NCBI GenBank assembly: GCA_916438445.1
Contig: CAKAGR010000001.1
Span: 1,404,255 to 1,468,254 of the forward strand
DNA from: an uncultured Mobiluncus sp.
Lineage (GTDB): Bacteria; Actinomycetota; Actinomycetes; Actinomycetales; Actinomycetaceae
Direction of reading: 5' to 3'
Length of the DNA stretch: 64,000 nucleotides
Position numbers and translations under genes: made by a program. This document shows positions 52,412 through 62,808 of this stretch, one piece after another. The notes below the pieces were generated by a model that did no database searches, was not told the DNA's origin, and worked only from the letters and a program-made list of their open reading frames with translations. Numbering within the stretch: the first letter of the stretch is position 1; each line of letters starts with the position of its first letter.

Positions 52412-53443
52412 CTATGCCAGGTTCGCGCTGGCGCGATGCACCAGGTGGCGCTCTCCGGGTTCGAGTAGGTGGTCGGGAACCACCTCGGTGCCGTTACCGG
52501 CGTCCGTCACGATTTCCAACAGCATCGAGTGTGCCACGCGCCCGTCGATGATGGTGGCTTTCTCTACCCCGGCTTTCACCGCATCCAAACAGGCCCTGAC
52601 CTTGGGAATCATCCCGCTAGACAGGCCTGGCACCAGCTGCTCCAGGGCGCTGGCGGAAATGCGCTGAATCAGGGAATCCTTGTCGGCAAAGTCCTGGTAC
52701 AGCCCCTCGACGTCGGTCAAAATCACCAGTTTTTGTGCCGGAAGCGCTCCCGCCAAGGCAGCCGCGGCCGCATCGGCATTCACGTTCAACACGGTTTTCG
52801 GGTCGGCCGCATCGGGGGCGACGCTGGAGATGACGGGGATGTGCCCGCGCGAAAGCATATTCAGCACCGGCTCGGGGTTCACCGCCACGATGTCCCCCAC
52901 CAACCCCAGGTCTTTCCCCGGCGCAGACGCGCGTTTTTCCGCCTGAAACAACCCGGCGTCCTCGCCCGATATCCCTACCGCAACCGAATCTTGCACATTC
53001 AACAACCCCACCAACTCGCGCTGCACCTTTCCGGTCAGCACCATCCGCACCACTTCCATCACTTCGGGTGTGGTGACGCGGTACCCGTCCACGAAGGGCG
53101 CCTGCAGGTCCAGCCGCTCCAGCATCTGGTTGATCTGGGGTCCGCCGCCGTGCACCACCACGGGCCGCAGCCCGACTTCATAGAGAAAGCGGATATCCTG
53201 GGCGAAGGCCTGTCGCAACTGGTCGTTTATCATGGCGTTTCCGCCGTACTTCACCACGATGATGGAGCCGCGGTACGCGTGCAGCCACGGCATAGCCTCG
53301 AGCAGCACCTGGGTTTTTTCCAGGGGGGAAAGGGTGTCGGCCCGGGTCAAGGTCGCCGGGGTTCCGTCCCCTATCGAGGTCGCCGCTTGCGGTTCCCCGG
53401 TCGAGGTCGCCGGGGTGGTTTCGGGGTAAGTTGCGTTACTCAT
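52412..53443 (-). CDS. argB: Acetylglutamate kinase
   Basis: VVKYGGNAM, VHGGGPQI, NVNAD, LTDVEG, GMIPK. Confidence 0.96.
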   Translation of the reverse strand: MSNATYPETTPATSTGEPQAATSIGDGTPATLTRADTLSPLEKTQVLLEAMPWLHAYRGSIIVVKYGGNAMINDQLRQAFAQDIRFLYEVGLRPVVVHGGGPQINQMLERLDLQAPFVDGYRVTTPEVMEVVRMVLTGKVQRELVGLLNVQDSVAVGISGEDAGLFQAEKRASAPGKDLGLVGDIVAVNPEPVLNMLSRGHIPVISSVAPDAADPKTVLNVNADAAAAALAGALPAQKLVILTDVEGLYQDFADKDSLIQRISASALEQLVPGLSSGMIPKVRACLDAVKAGVEKATIIDGRVAHSMLLEIVTDAGNGTEVVPDHLLEPGERHLVHRASANLA

Positions 53444-54602
53444 GTGGTGTAGTCTCCGTTGATGTGGACGTATTCATGCGTGAGGTCCGAGGTCCAGATA
53501 AAAGCTTCCTGCTCCCCCGCGTTCAGCTCCACCAAGATGTGGCATTCGCGCGGCTTAAGGTCGGCCAGATAGGGTTCCTCGCCGATTCCGCCGTTTTCAC
53601 AGACCTTCACACCATTCATATAGACATTCACCTGTCCCGGGTCGAAAGGCAGGATGTCTTCCGCGACGGTGCCCAGCTGGGACAAGATGCGTCCCCAGTT
53701 CGGGTCGTTGCCATAGATTGCAGTCTTCACCAAGTTCGAACGTGCGATGGTGCGCGCCGCAAAGAGGGCTCCCTCGACCGAGGCCGCCTTCGTCACCTTT
53801 ATCTCTACGTCGTGATGCGCCCCTTCGGCGTCGCCCAGTAACTGCAGCGACAGGTCCTGGCAAGCTTCCAGCAGTTTCTCCTTAAACAGCGCCAGGTCGG
53901 GGCTTCCCCGCTGGCCCCCGAAGCCATCAACAACACGGTGTCGTTGGTGGACATGCAGCCGTCGGAGTCCAAGCGGTTAAAAGATTCATCCACGACTTCT
54001 TGCAAGATGGCTTGGGCGGGGCCGGGTTCCAACACGGCGTCGGTGGTCAGCACCACAATCATGGTGGCCAGGGCGGGAGCCAACATGCCGGCCCCTTTGG
54101 CGATGCCGCCAACTTTCCACCCCTGGCCGGAATCCACCTGGACGGTTTTCGGTTTGGTGTCGGTGGTCAAGATGGCCTCGGCCGCTTCGAAACCGCCGTC
54201 ATGTCGCAGTTTCGCCGCGACTTGTTCGATCCCTTTGGTGATTTTCTGCATATCTAAGGCGCGGCCGATGATGCCGGTAGAGCAAACCAGGGATTCCCGG
54301 GTGGGGACTCCCAGGACGGTTCCCAGATGGGCGGCCATCTGTGCGGCGTCTAGTTTGCCTTGTTCCCCGGTGCAGGCATTCGCGTTGCCCGAGTTCACCA
54401 CCACGGCTTGGGCGGTCCCGCCCGCGACGACTTCGCGGTCCCACCCCACGGGCGCGGCGAACACCCGGTTCGAAGTAAAGACCCCCGCCACGGTGTGGAG
54501 CGGACCCAGGTTCTGGACGATCGCCATGTCTGGGTGCAAGCGACCGCGCAGGCCCACGTGCGCCCCGGCTGCTTTGAATCCTTGCGGATAAGTTACGCTC
54601 AT
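53440..54602 (-). CDS. argJ: Ornithine acetyltransferase / N-acetylglutamate synthase, frameshifted
   Basis: [64 protein letters not shown]. Confidence 0.95.
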
Positions 54603-54665
54603 CTCTCCTCCGTCTGAGGCTGGTTGTGGTAGTTTCCTTGCGTCGGGGCCAGAAAAGCACCCGGC

Positions 54666-54703
54666 AATAAATATTTATACACCCGTTTGTATATTTTTCC
54701 AAA
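54666..54703. promoter_or_regulatory. Tandem ARG boxes (ArgR operator) in the divergent argJ/argG promoter
   Basis: Cores TAAATATTTATACA (54668-54681) and TGTATATTTTTCCA (54688-54701), 20 bp centre to centre. Both resemble TGCATAAATATGCA and form an AT island in GC-rich DNA. Confidence 0.8.
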
Positions 54704-54751
54704 ACGCTGCTACCATGAAACCACGGCAACGGCTGGAACCCGTGGCGAGGA

Positions 54752-54765
54752 CCTCGACCCGGGAA
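54752..54765 (-). repeat. Exact copy of dispersed 14-mer TTCCCGGGTCGAGG
   Basis: CCTCGACCCGGGAA on +, in the argG 5' leader. Confidence 0.9.
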
Positions 54766-54825
54766 CTCAACCCAGCCCAAACCCGAAACGAAACCCTCGA
54801 CGGGGAAGGAACAGAGGAGGAAAGC

Positions 54826-56062
54826 ATGGCGAACGAACGCGTGGTTTTGGCGTATTCCGGTGGTTTGGACACTTCGGTGGCAATCGGATGGATGAAGGAG
54901 AAGCTGGGGGTAGACACCATCGCGGTTTCGGTCGACGTCGGTCAAGGCGGCGAGGACCTGGAGGTGATTCGACAGCGTGCCTTGGATTGCGGCGCGGTCG
55001 AGGCCTACGTGGCGGACGCCAAAGACGAGTTTGCGAACGAGTACTGCATGCCAGCGCTGTTGGCGAACGGAATGTACGAAGGGCAGTATCCGCTGGTTTC
55101 CGCGCTATCCCGACCCTTGATTTCCAAGCACCTGGTGATGGCGGCCAAGCAGTTCGGCGCGAGCACTATGGCGCACGGCTGCACCGGAAAAGGCAACGAC
55201 CAGGTGCGTTTCGAGGTGTCTTTCACTTCCCTGGCTCCGGAGCTGAACTGTGTTTCGCCGATTCGCGACTTGGCGCTGCAGCGCGACGTGTCGATCGCTT
55301 ACGCCGAGGAGCACAACCTGCCGATTGAAACCACGAAGCAGAACCCTTTCTCGATTGACCAAAACGTGTGGGGGCGCGCCATCGAGACAGGTTTCTTGGA
55401 GGACCTGTGGAATGCGCCGACTAAAGATGTCTATAACTATACGGATGACCCGGGTTTCGCCGGGGTGCCCGACGAGGTCGTCATCAGTTTCGAGCGCGGG
55501 TTGCCGGTAGCTTTGGATGGGGTGAAGCTGACGCCGCTGCAGATTATTCAAGAGATGAATCGTCGCGCCGGGGCGCAAGGTATCGGGCGTATCGACATGG
55601 TCGAGGACCGCTTGGTCGGCATCAAGTCGCGTGAGATCTACGAAGCGCCCGGGGCGGTGGCGCTGATTCGCGCGCACCAGGCCCTGGAGGAGCTGTGTCT
55701 GGAGCGGATGCAGCTGCGCTTCAAGCGTCAACAGATCGAGCCGATTTGGGCGGATTTGGTTTACGAGGCCCAATGGAACTCGCCGCTGAAGAAGTCCTGG
55801 ATGCTTTTTGTGGCGCAGACCCAGGAATACGTCACCGGCGAGATTCGTATGGAGATGCACGGCGGACGCGCCACGGTCAACGGGCGGCGGTCGGAGTCTT
55901 CGCTCTATGACTTCAGTTTGGCGACCCTATGATTCGGGCGACACCTTTAACCAAGCCGCCGCGCGTGGCTTCATCGAGATCTACGGCATGCAGTCCCGCC
56001 TGGCCGCGGCGCGCGACGTCAAGTTCGGCAAGGGGATCGAACTGGAGGCTTCGAAGTTGTAG
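54826..56062 (+). CDS. argG: Argininosuccinate synthase (frameshift near C-terminus)
   Basis: [62 protein letters not shown]. Confidence 0.97.
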
Positions 56063-56135
56063 GGCTTTGGGGCTGGGCTGGGCGCGGTTTGGCTTGGCTT
56101 AGCTTCAATTGGCTTGCTGTCCAGCGTAACTTGCA

Positions 56136-56185
56136 ACTGCACCCCCGAGGGCGTTTCGTCCCCTCGGGGGTGCAGTGTTTTTTAT
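56136..56185 (+). terminator. Rho-independent terminator after argG
   Basis: 16-bp stem ACTGCACCCCCGAGGG / CCCTCGGGGGTGCAGT followed by GTTTTTTATT. Confidence 0.88.
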
Positions 56186-56213
56186 TGAGATATGGACGTG
56201 CCTTTATCGTGAC

Positions 56214-56303
56214 GGGCCATCCCCGTTTGCGCGGGGTCAACGCACCGATAGGGTCTGCCGGGGGACGCCAATCAGGATCATCCCCGCTTACGCGGGGTCA
56301 ACG
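56214..56303 (-). CRISPR. Orphan type I-E-like CRISPR mini-array (2 repeats, 1 spacer)
   Basis: 29-bp repeats at 56214-56242 and 56275-56303, 32-bp spacer, 61-bp period. Minus-strand repeat CGTTGACCCCGCGTAAGCGGGGATGATCC has the CCCCGC-N4-GCGGGG hairpin and ATGATCC tail of type I-E repeats. The distal copy is degenerate. Confidence 0.8.
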
Positions 56304-56463
56304 GTGAATGACGCTTCGGGTTTTTGAATAGCCATGCTTTTTTGAAAGTAACGCCTGCGGGTAGCGTGTCTGTGATGAGATGTTCTTTCTGTCCTTTGAA
56401 TGTTCCGTTCGGGTCGGTGTTCGCCCAAATGTTCCGCCCCGATACTGTTATGTGGAAATCTAC
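56304..56463 (-). pseudogene. Fragment resembling a DUF11/fimbrial-type surface protein domain
   Basis: Start-less open frame right after the pgsA stop: VDFHITVSGRNIWANTDPNGTFKGQKEHLITDTLPAGVTFKKAWLF. ITDTLPAGVTF is at 56344-56376. Lower GC than flanks. Confidence 0.45.
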
Positions 56464-57057
56464 TCACCCCGCAGCTCGCCACAGCAGTACGGCGTCGCGG
56501 ACGTACCACAGGCCGGTGCCGACGGTGACCAGGACAACGATGACGCTCAAGACCTGGCACCCCAGCAAAATCCCCGGCCACGCACCCGCAGCAATCACGT
56601 CCCAAGGCGTCAACAGCATCACAATCAGCAGCATCTGCAAAACAGTTTTCAGCTTGCCACCCTGGTTCGCCGGCATCACCGCGATGCGTTTCATAAACAT
56701 CCGCATCACGGTAATCCCCAGTTCGCGCAACAGAATCAGCGCGGTAACCCACCACCACAGCAGGCCTTGCCAGCTCAGCAGGAAAAACGCAGAAAGCGTC
56801 AAAGCCTTGTCTGCAATCGAATCCGCCAGTTTCCCGAAATCCGTAATCAAGTTATATTTCCGCGCCAAACGCCCATCAATATGGTCCGTCAGTGAGGCTA
56901 ATATAAAAATCCCCAGCGCCAACCACCGCAGCACATCCTGCGAGGAAGCAACCGCCAACATCACGCCCACGAAAATCGGCACCAGAATCAGCCGCAACAC
57001 CGTAAAGGCATTCGCGATATTCCAGTTCGAAACCTTTTCCTTGCTTTCCTCGCTCAC
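56464..57057 (-). CDS. pgsA: CDP-diacylglycerol--glycerol-3-phosphate 3-phosphatidyltransferase
   Basis: NIANAFTVLR, TDHIDGRLARKYNLITDFGKLADSIADK, GGKLKTVLQ. Confidence 0.94.
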   Translation of the reverse strand: MSEESKEKVSNWNIANAFTVLRLILVPIFVGVMLAVASSQDVLRWLALGIFILASLTDHIDGRLARKYNLITDFGKLADSIADKALTLSAFFLLSWQGLLWWWVTALILLRELGITVMRMFMKRIAVMPANQGGKLKTVLQMLLIVMLLTPWDVIAAGAWPGILLGCQVLSVIVVLVTVGTGLWYVRDAVLLWRAAG

Positions 57058-57069
57058 GCTGTCCTCCCG

Positions 57070-60016
57070 CTACTCATCATAGAGCGGAATCTCCTCGGTG
57101 TCAGGGTCACGGTCCCCCCGCCCGAGGTCCTCGTTACGGTCCCGGTCGAGGCCGCCCTCCTGGTCGGGTGCGAAAGCGGCGGTTTTCGGCGCGGTGGTGG
57201 AATCGTGGGGAACGATCTTGATGCTGCCGTCGGGATACTGCTGGTAGATAATCTCCCCGGGGGCCCCACGTTCGCTGGGCCGCACCCAGTTATCGGCAGC
57301 ACTTTGCTGTGGCGTCAACTCTCGTGCTGGTGTATCTGTTTGCGTTTCGGCATCTTCTGCCTCTACAGCGACTTCCGCCTCCGGCCCCGCCTCCGGTTCC
57401 AGCTCAGGTTCCAGCCCCATCTCCGGTTCCGGCCCGATTTCTGTTTCCGTCTGCGCCACAGGCGTTTCCCCGCGCAGCAGCGCCAGCACGCCAGGCAACT
57501 CCTCGGGACTGACTAAAACCTCCCGCGCCTTGGAACCCTCCGAAGGCCCCACAATCTCGCGAGACTCCAGCAAATCCATCAACCGCCCGGCCTTGGCGAA
57601 ACCGACCCGCAACTTGCGCTGCAGCATCGAAGTCGAACCGAACTGGGTAGACACCACCAGCTCCGCCGCCTGCAGCAACACGTCCAGGTCCTCGCCGATG
57701 TCCTCGGCCACCTTGGGTTCATTCGCCTTGGCTTCTGCGGTGATTCCCTCGCGATAGACCGGGTCCATCTGCGTCTTGCAGTGCTTGACCACGCGGGCAA
57801 TCTCGGCCTCCGAGACCCACGATCCCTGGACGCGCAGGGGCTTGGACTCCCCGCTGGGCAGGAACAGCGCATCGCCTTGCCCAATCAGTTTCTCGGCCCC
57901 GGCCTGGTCCAGGATGACGCGCGAATCCTGGTTGGAAGAAGTCGCAAAAGCCAGGCGCGAAGGCACGTTGGCTTTAATAATCCCGGTAACCACGTCCACC
58001 GAAGGCCGCTGCGTGGCCAGAACCAGGTGGATCCCGGCGGCGCGCCCCAACTGGGTAATGCGCTGAATCGAAGCCTCGACGTCGCGCGGCGCCACCATCA
58101 TCAAGTCCGCCAACTCGTCCACCACCACCAACAGGTACGGCATCCATTCCGGTTCGAAACGCGCCTCGGGCAACTTGTGAATCTGTCCCTCACACAGCGC
58201 CTTGTTAAAGTCATCGACATGGCGATACCCATAGTTCGCCAAGGTGTCATAGCGCGTATCCATCTCGGTCACGCACCACTCCAGGGCCGCCGCGGCCTTC
58301 TTGGGCGAAGTGATGATCGGGGTGATCAGGTGCGGAATCCCGGCGTAAGCCGTCAACTCCACACGCTTGGGATCCACCAGAATCATCCGCACCTGGGTGG
58401 GGGTGGCCCGCACCATCACCGAAGTGATCATCGAGTTAATAAATGAAGACTTCCCCGCACCCGTAGCGCCCGCCACCAGCAAGTGCGGCGTCTTGGCGAT
58501 ATTCGAAAGCACATAGTCGCCTTCGACGTCTTTACCCACACCCGTCACCAGCGGATGCGTCAGTCGCTGGGCCGCAGGTGAACGCAGCACATCCCCCAGG
58601 AACACGTTTTCACGGTCCGCGTTAGGAATCTCGATCCCGATGGCGGATTTCCCCGGAATCGGCGACAAGATTCGCACATCCGCACTGGCCACGGCATAGG
58701 CGATGTCTTTGGACAGGCCCTCTACCTTGCTGACTTTCTCTCCGGGTCCCAAAGTGACCTCATAGCGCGTCACCGTGGGACCGCGACTAAATCCCGTCAC
58801 CTCCGCACTGACGCCGAACTGTCCGAAAGTATTCGTCAATGCCTCGATAACTCGGTCATTCGCCGCGGACCGGGTCACGTGCTCCGGCCCGGAATCCAAC
58901 AGTTCCAAGCTGGGCAGGTGATAGTCCACCACGTGTCCCAGCCCGGTCCCCACGCCTGTGGGAGCCTGGAATTCGTCGGGGTTCGGCGTGGTTCCCGTTT
59001 CGAGGTTTTCCGTCGGGGTTTTCGTTTTTCCTCGCCTGGAAGGTGTGGGGGTCCCGGTCGAGGTCGTTGCGGTTCCGCCCGCCCCACTCGAGGACACCGC
59101 GACAGTTTCCGGGGTCAATTGCGTTATCGGTGCCTGGGCGAGGTCCAGTGCGCGGATCGCGGCCGGTGCTTCGGGTTGCGCGGTTAGGCCCCCAATCCCC
59201 ATGGCTTCGGTCCCAGCGTCCTGACCCGCGACATCTTTCGTACGTTTCCACGGCAGACGTGAGGGTTTTTCCTCGCCCAGGACGCGCGTAGCGTCGGAAC
59301 GCACCAAGGCGCCCTCCCCACCTTCACCGCCACCCTCGGCGCCGTCCTCGGCATCGGCCTCGACCCGGGAACGCCCCAGACGGGAACGCACCCGGTCCAC
59401 CAAAACTGCCACCGGCATCCCAATCACCAGCAGCACCCCGATCAGGGAGAGAATAAACAGCATCGGGATGGCACCCCAAGCCGAGAACAACAGTCCCAGC
59501 GGGTGCCCAAAGAACCAACCCAGCAAGCCACCGGCCTGCATCACCGCGTTAAAGTCCTGGCTAGGGGTCAGGCAAGTCGCGCGCCACGTGCGCCATCCCC
59601 GCCAAAGAAGCCAGCACTGCCAGGAAACCCACCAGGATGCGGGTCTCTACCGCGCGGGTGCGGGCCTGGGCATCGGGGTCTTTTGCGGCGCGGCCCCGGC
59701 GAAACAGTCGCAGCGCCACCATCAACAGCAGCAGCGGGAAAAACACCGAAAACATCCCGAAGGCCCCGGCGAAGACATAGTGAATCGCGTCTCCGGCAGC
59801 CCCCGACAAACCAAACCATTCGCGCAGCGCCACCAGCACCGCCAGCGCCACCAGGGTCAGCGCGATGATGTCGCGTCTGACCTGGGGATCCAAGGCCGGC
59901 TCGGGGGGCGGCGTGGGGGCATTACCGTGGCCGCGACGCTGGGAACCCGACTGGGGGCGCGAGGACTTCGCAGCGGATTTAGAACTGCGATTCGGCGAAG
60001 TTTTGGATTGACTCAT
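57070..60016 (-). CDS. ftsK: DNA translocase FtsK, frameshifted near 59560
   Basis: N-terminal TM segments, [48 protein letters not shown], gamma domain [21 protein letters not shown]. Confidence 0.96.
59358..59371 (-). repeat. Exact copy of dispersed 14-mer TTCCCGGGTCGAGG
   Basis: CCTCGACCCGGGAA on +, in the FtsK linker. Confidence 0.9.
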
Positions 60017-60068
60017 AGCCTTTTCACCCTACCGGCTTAACCCGTCGCAGAGCCGAAAAGACACGCGC

Positions 60069-61004
60069 CTAGTGGCTGCGACGCTCGGCCAGGAACTGGT
60101 CGATCTGGGCGGCGGTAAGCACCTTGTAGTATCCGCGGTGGCGCAGCACCAGGGCAGCCGCCGCGTTGGCGCGCAACGTGGCATCAGCAGGGCTCATCCC
60201 CTGCATCAGGCAAGCTACCAGCACCCCGGTATGGGCGTCCCCCACCCCGGTGGTGTCTTTCGCCGGCATCTCGAAAGCGGGGATCCGCACCAGTGGCGCC
60301 TGGGCATCGACCTGAATCACCGCGCCGCGCTTGCCTTCGCGCATCACCAGCAGCGCGGACTGTGGCAGGTGCATCCGCAGGGCCTGTTCCTGGGGGCCAC
60401 CCCCCAGGCGCTCCGCCGTGGTGCGGGCCTGGAATTCGTTCAAAGTCAAGACATTCGCGCGCTGCAGCACGCGCACCAGGATTTCGGGGTCCACTTCGTC
60501 GATCAAGGGGCCGCCGGCCACCACCAGCTTGACGTTTTGCGGGATATCTTCCAGCCAGCTGCTCCAGGTTTGCGCCGCGGTAGGCGCCGCCAAGTCATTC
60601 AGGTTAACCAACAGATAGTCGTTGTCGGTCCAAGACAGGTTTTCCAAGTCGTGCAGATTCGGTTCGGCTTCGACCCCGGGAGACAGCATCGAGGAACGCA
60701 TCCCCTGGCCGTCGATGGTGGCGATGCGCAAGCCGATGTCACCCACCACGCCGCGAGTCAACACCGCCACGCCTTCGCGTCCCAAGGAATGCCGAGCCTG
60801 CACCGAGTTCGGCCCGGTACCCAAGGTAGAAGCCACGCAGGCCGCCACTCCTTGGCGCGCCACGGCCGCCACCACATAGAAGCCGCCGGCCACCACCGCG
60901 CCTTCGATGACGGAGGCCTGGACCTCGGTGCCGGTGGCGGGAAGGTGGTCGATGATCAGAGGCAGTTCCAAAACGATGGACTGAGTCGAGATGAACTTTG
61001 CCAT
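60069..61004 (-). CDS. PfkB family carbohydrate kinase
   Basis: AGGF..AAVARQG, LTLNEF, DTTGVGDAHTG. ATG overlaps the rnj TAA (TAATG). Confidence 0.85.
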   Translation of the reverse strand: MAKFISTQSIVLELPLIIDHLPATGTEVQASVIEGAVVAGGFYVVAAVARQGVAACVASTLGTGPNSVQARHSLGREGVAVLTRGVVGDIGLRIATIDGQGMRSSMLSPGVEAEPNLHDLENLSWTDNDYLLVNLNDLAAPTAAQTWSSWLEDIPQNVKLVVAGGPLIDEVDPEILVRVLQRANVLTLNEFQARTTAERLGGGPQEQALRMHLPQSALLVMREGKRGAVIQVDAQAPLVRIPAFEMPAKDTTGVGDAHTGVLVACLMQGMSPADATLRANAAAALVLRHRGYYKVLTAAQIDQFLAERRSH

Positions 61005-62697
61005 TACTCGGCCTCTACTACCAGGGGAACGATCATGGGGGCGCGTCGCAGACGCTTGGAAACCCAACGCCCCAGGGTGCGTCGCGCCACGCGCTCTAGG
61101 TCAGAGACGCGGGCTTTGCCGCCGCGCGAAGCCTCTATCAGGGCATCGGCAATCTGGGGTTCGATGTCGCGGAACACATTGTCGTGTTCCGCCACGCCGC
61201 GGGCAATCACGGTGGGACCGGCCAAAATCGTACCGGTACTCAGCTCCATCACCACGTAAACCGCGACGAAACCCTCGGCGGCCAAAACGCGGCGGTCATA
61301 GAGTTCCGATTCCCCGATCTGTCCCACCGAGGTGCCGTCCACATAGATGTAGTCGCAATCCACCTGCCCCACGATCTGGGCCCGGCCCTTGGATACCTCC
61401 ACGCAGATCCCGTCCTCGGCCAACATCACGTTGGCGGGTTTCACCCCGGTCTTTACCGCCAGGGCCCCGTTGGCGACCAGGTGGCGGACCTCGCCGTGGA
61501 TCGGCATAACATTGCGCGGCTGAACAATATTGTAGGCGTACAGCAGTTCTCCCGCCGCGGCGTGCCCCGAAACGTGCACCTTCGAGTTACCTTTGTGCAC
61601 CACATGGACTCCCAGACGCATCAGCTGGTTGATGACGCGCCCCACCGAGTTTTCGTTGCCTGGAATCAAGGATGAGGCGAAAACCACGGTGTCGCCCTGG
61701 CCGATAGAAATCGTGCGGTGTTCGGACTTTGCGATGCGCGACAGCGCCGCCATGGGTTCGCCCTGGGAGCCGGTGGCCATATAGACGCGCCGCTGCGGTG
61801 GCAGGGAATTTACGTCGTCGATGTCTATCAAAACACCCGTGGGGACCGTCAAATACCCCGCGTCCTCGGCGATCTGCATGTTGCGAATCATGGACCGCCC
61901 CACCAGCGCCACGCGCCGATTCGTCGCGGCCGCCGCGTTCAACACCTGTTGGACGCGGTGCACATGCGAAGAGAAACTGGCCACCACGATCTGTCCCGCG
62001 GCGTGCATAAAGACGTCTTCCAGCACCGGCCCGATTTCGCGTTCGGAAGTGATGAATCCCGGAACTTCGGCGTTCGTGGAATCCACCAAGAATATATCGA
62101 CGCCTTCTTCGCCCCAGCGCGCAAAGGAACGCAGATCCGTGATGCGCCCGTCCAAAGGCAGCTGATCCATCTTGAAATCCCCGGTGATCAGGGCGTTTGC
62201 CGCCTTGGTGCGCACGAACACCGCCAGCGCGTCGGGAATCGAGTGGTTCACCGCGCAGAACTCCAAGTCAAAAGGCCCCAGCTTTACCCGGTCCCCTTCG
62301 GCGTGAACATGCAGGTTCGTGGCGGGGATGCGGTGTTCATTCAACTTTGGTTCCACGAAAGCCAAAGTCAGTTGTGAACCATAGAGCGGAATATCTTCGC
62401 GCTGTTTCAACAGATAAGGCACCGCCCCGATGTGGTCTTCGTGGCCGTGAGTCAACACCATCCCCACCACGTCATCCAAGCGATCTTGAATATAGGAAAA
62501 GTCAGGCAGAATCAGGTCTACGCCGGGTTGAATCTCTTCGGGAAACAGCACGCCGCAATCCACGATCAGGATTTTTTCCCTTGAGTTTCCAACACCGTCA
62601 TGTTTCGCCCAACTTCGCCCAAGCCGCCCAAGGGCACGATGCGCAGCACCTGGGGTTTGGCCGGGCCCGGTGCGGGCAAACTAAAGATATCGTTCAA
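61004..62697 (-). CDS. rnj: Ribonuclease J (N-terminal frameshift near 62575)
   Basis: IVPLGGLGEVGRNM, DCGVLFP, LTHGHEDHIGA, NHSIPD, TGDFK, DSTNA, GSQGEP, HVSGH, PIHGE. TTG start after GAGGAG. Confidence 0.96.
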
Positions 62698-62768
62698 GTT
62701 TCTACTCCTCTGTACTTTAGGGATTCACTTTTCGAGGCTCGGGTTTGCAGTATTCGGTTTTGGTTTCG

Positions 62769-62782
62769 TTCCCGGGTCGAGG
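62769..62782 (+). repeat. Exact copy of dispersed 14-mer TTCCCGGGTCGAGG
   Basis: Intergenic, between GNAT gene and rnj. Confidence 0.9.
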
Positions 62783-62808
62783 TTCGGGCCTGGCGTTTTC
62801 GGAATAAG

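Noticed and set aside
56062..56115. GGGCT/GGCTT pentamer run after argG
   Set aside because: A short degenerate microsatellite-like tract with no evidence of function.
56376..56436. Repeated GAACA/TGTTC pentamers as LexA (SOS) boxes
   Set aside because: They are irregularly spaced direct repeats, not the TCGAAC-N4-GTTCGA palindrome, and are explained by the coding fragment.
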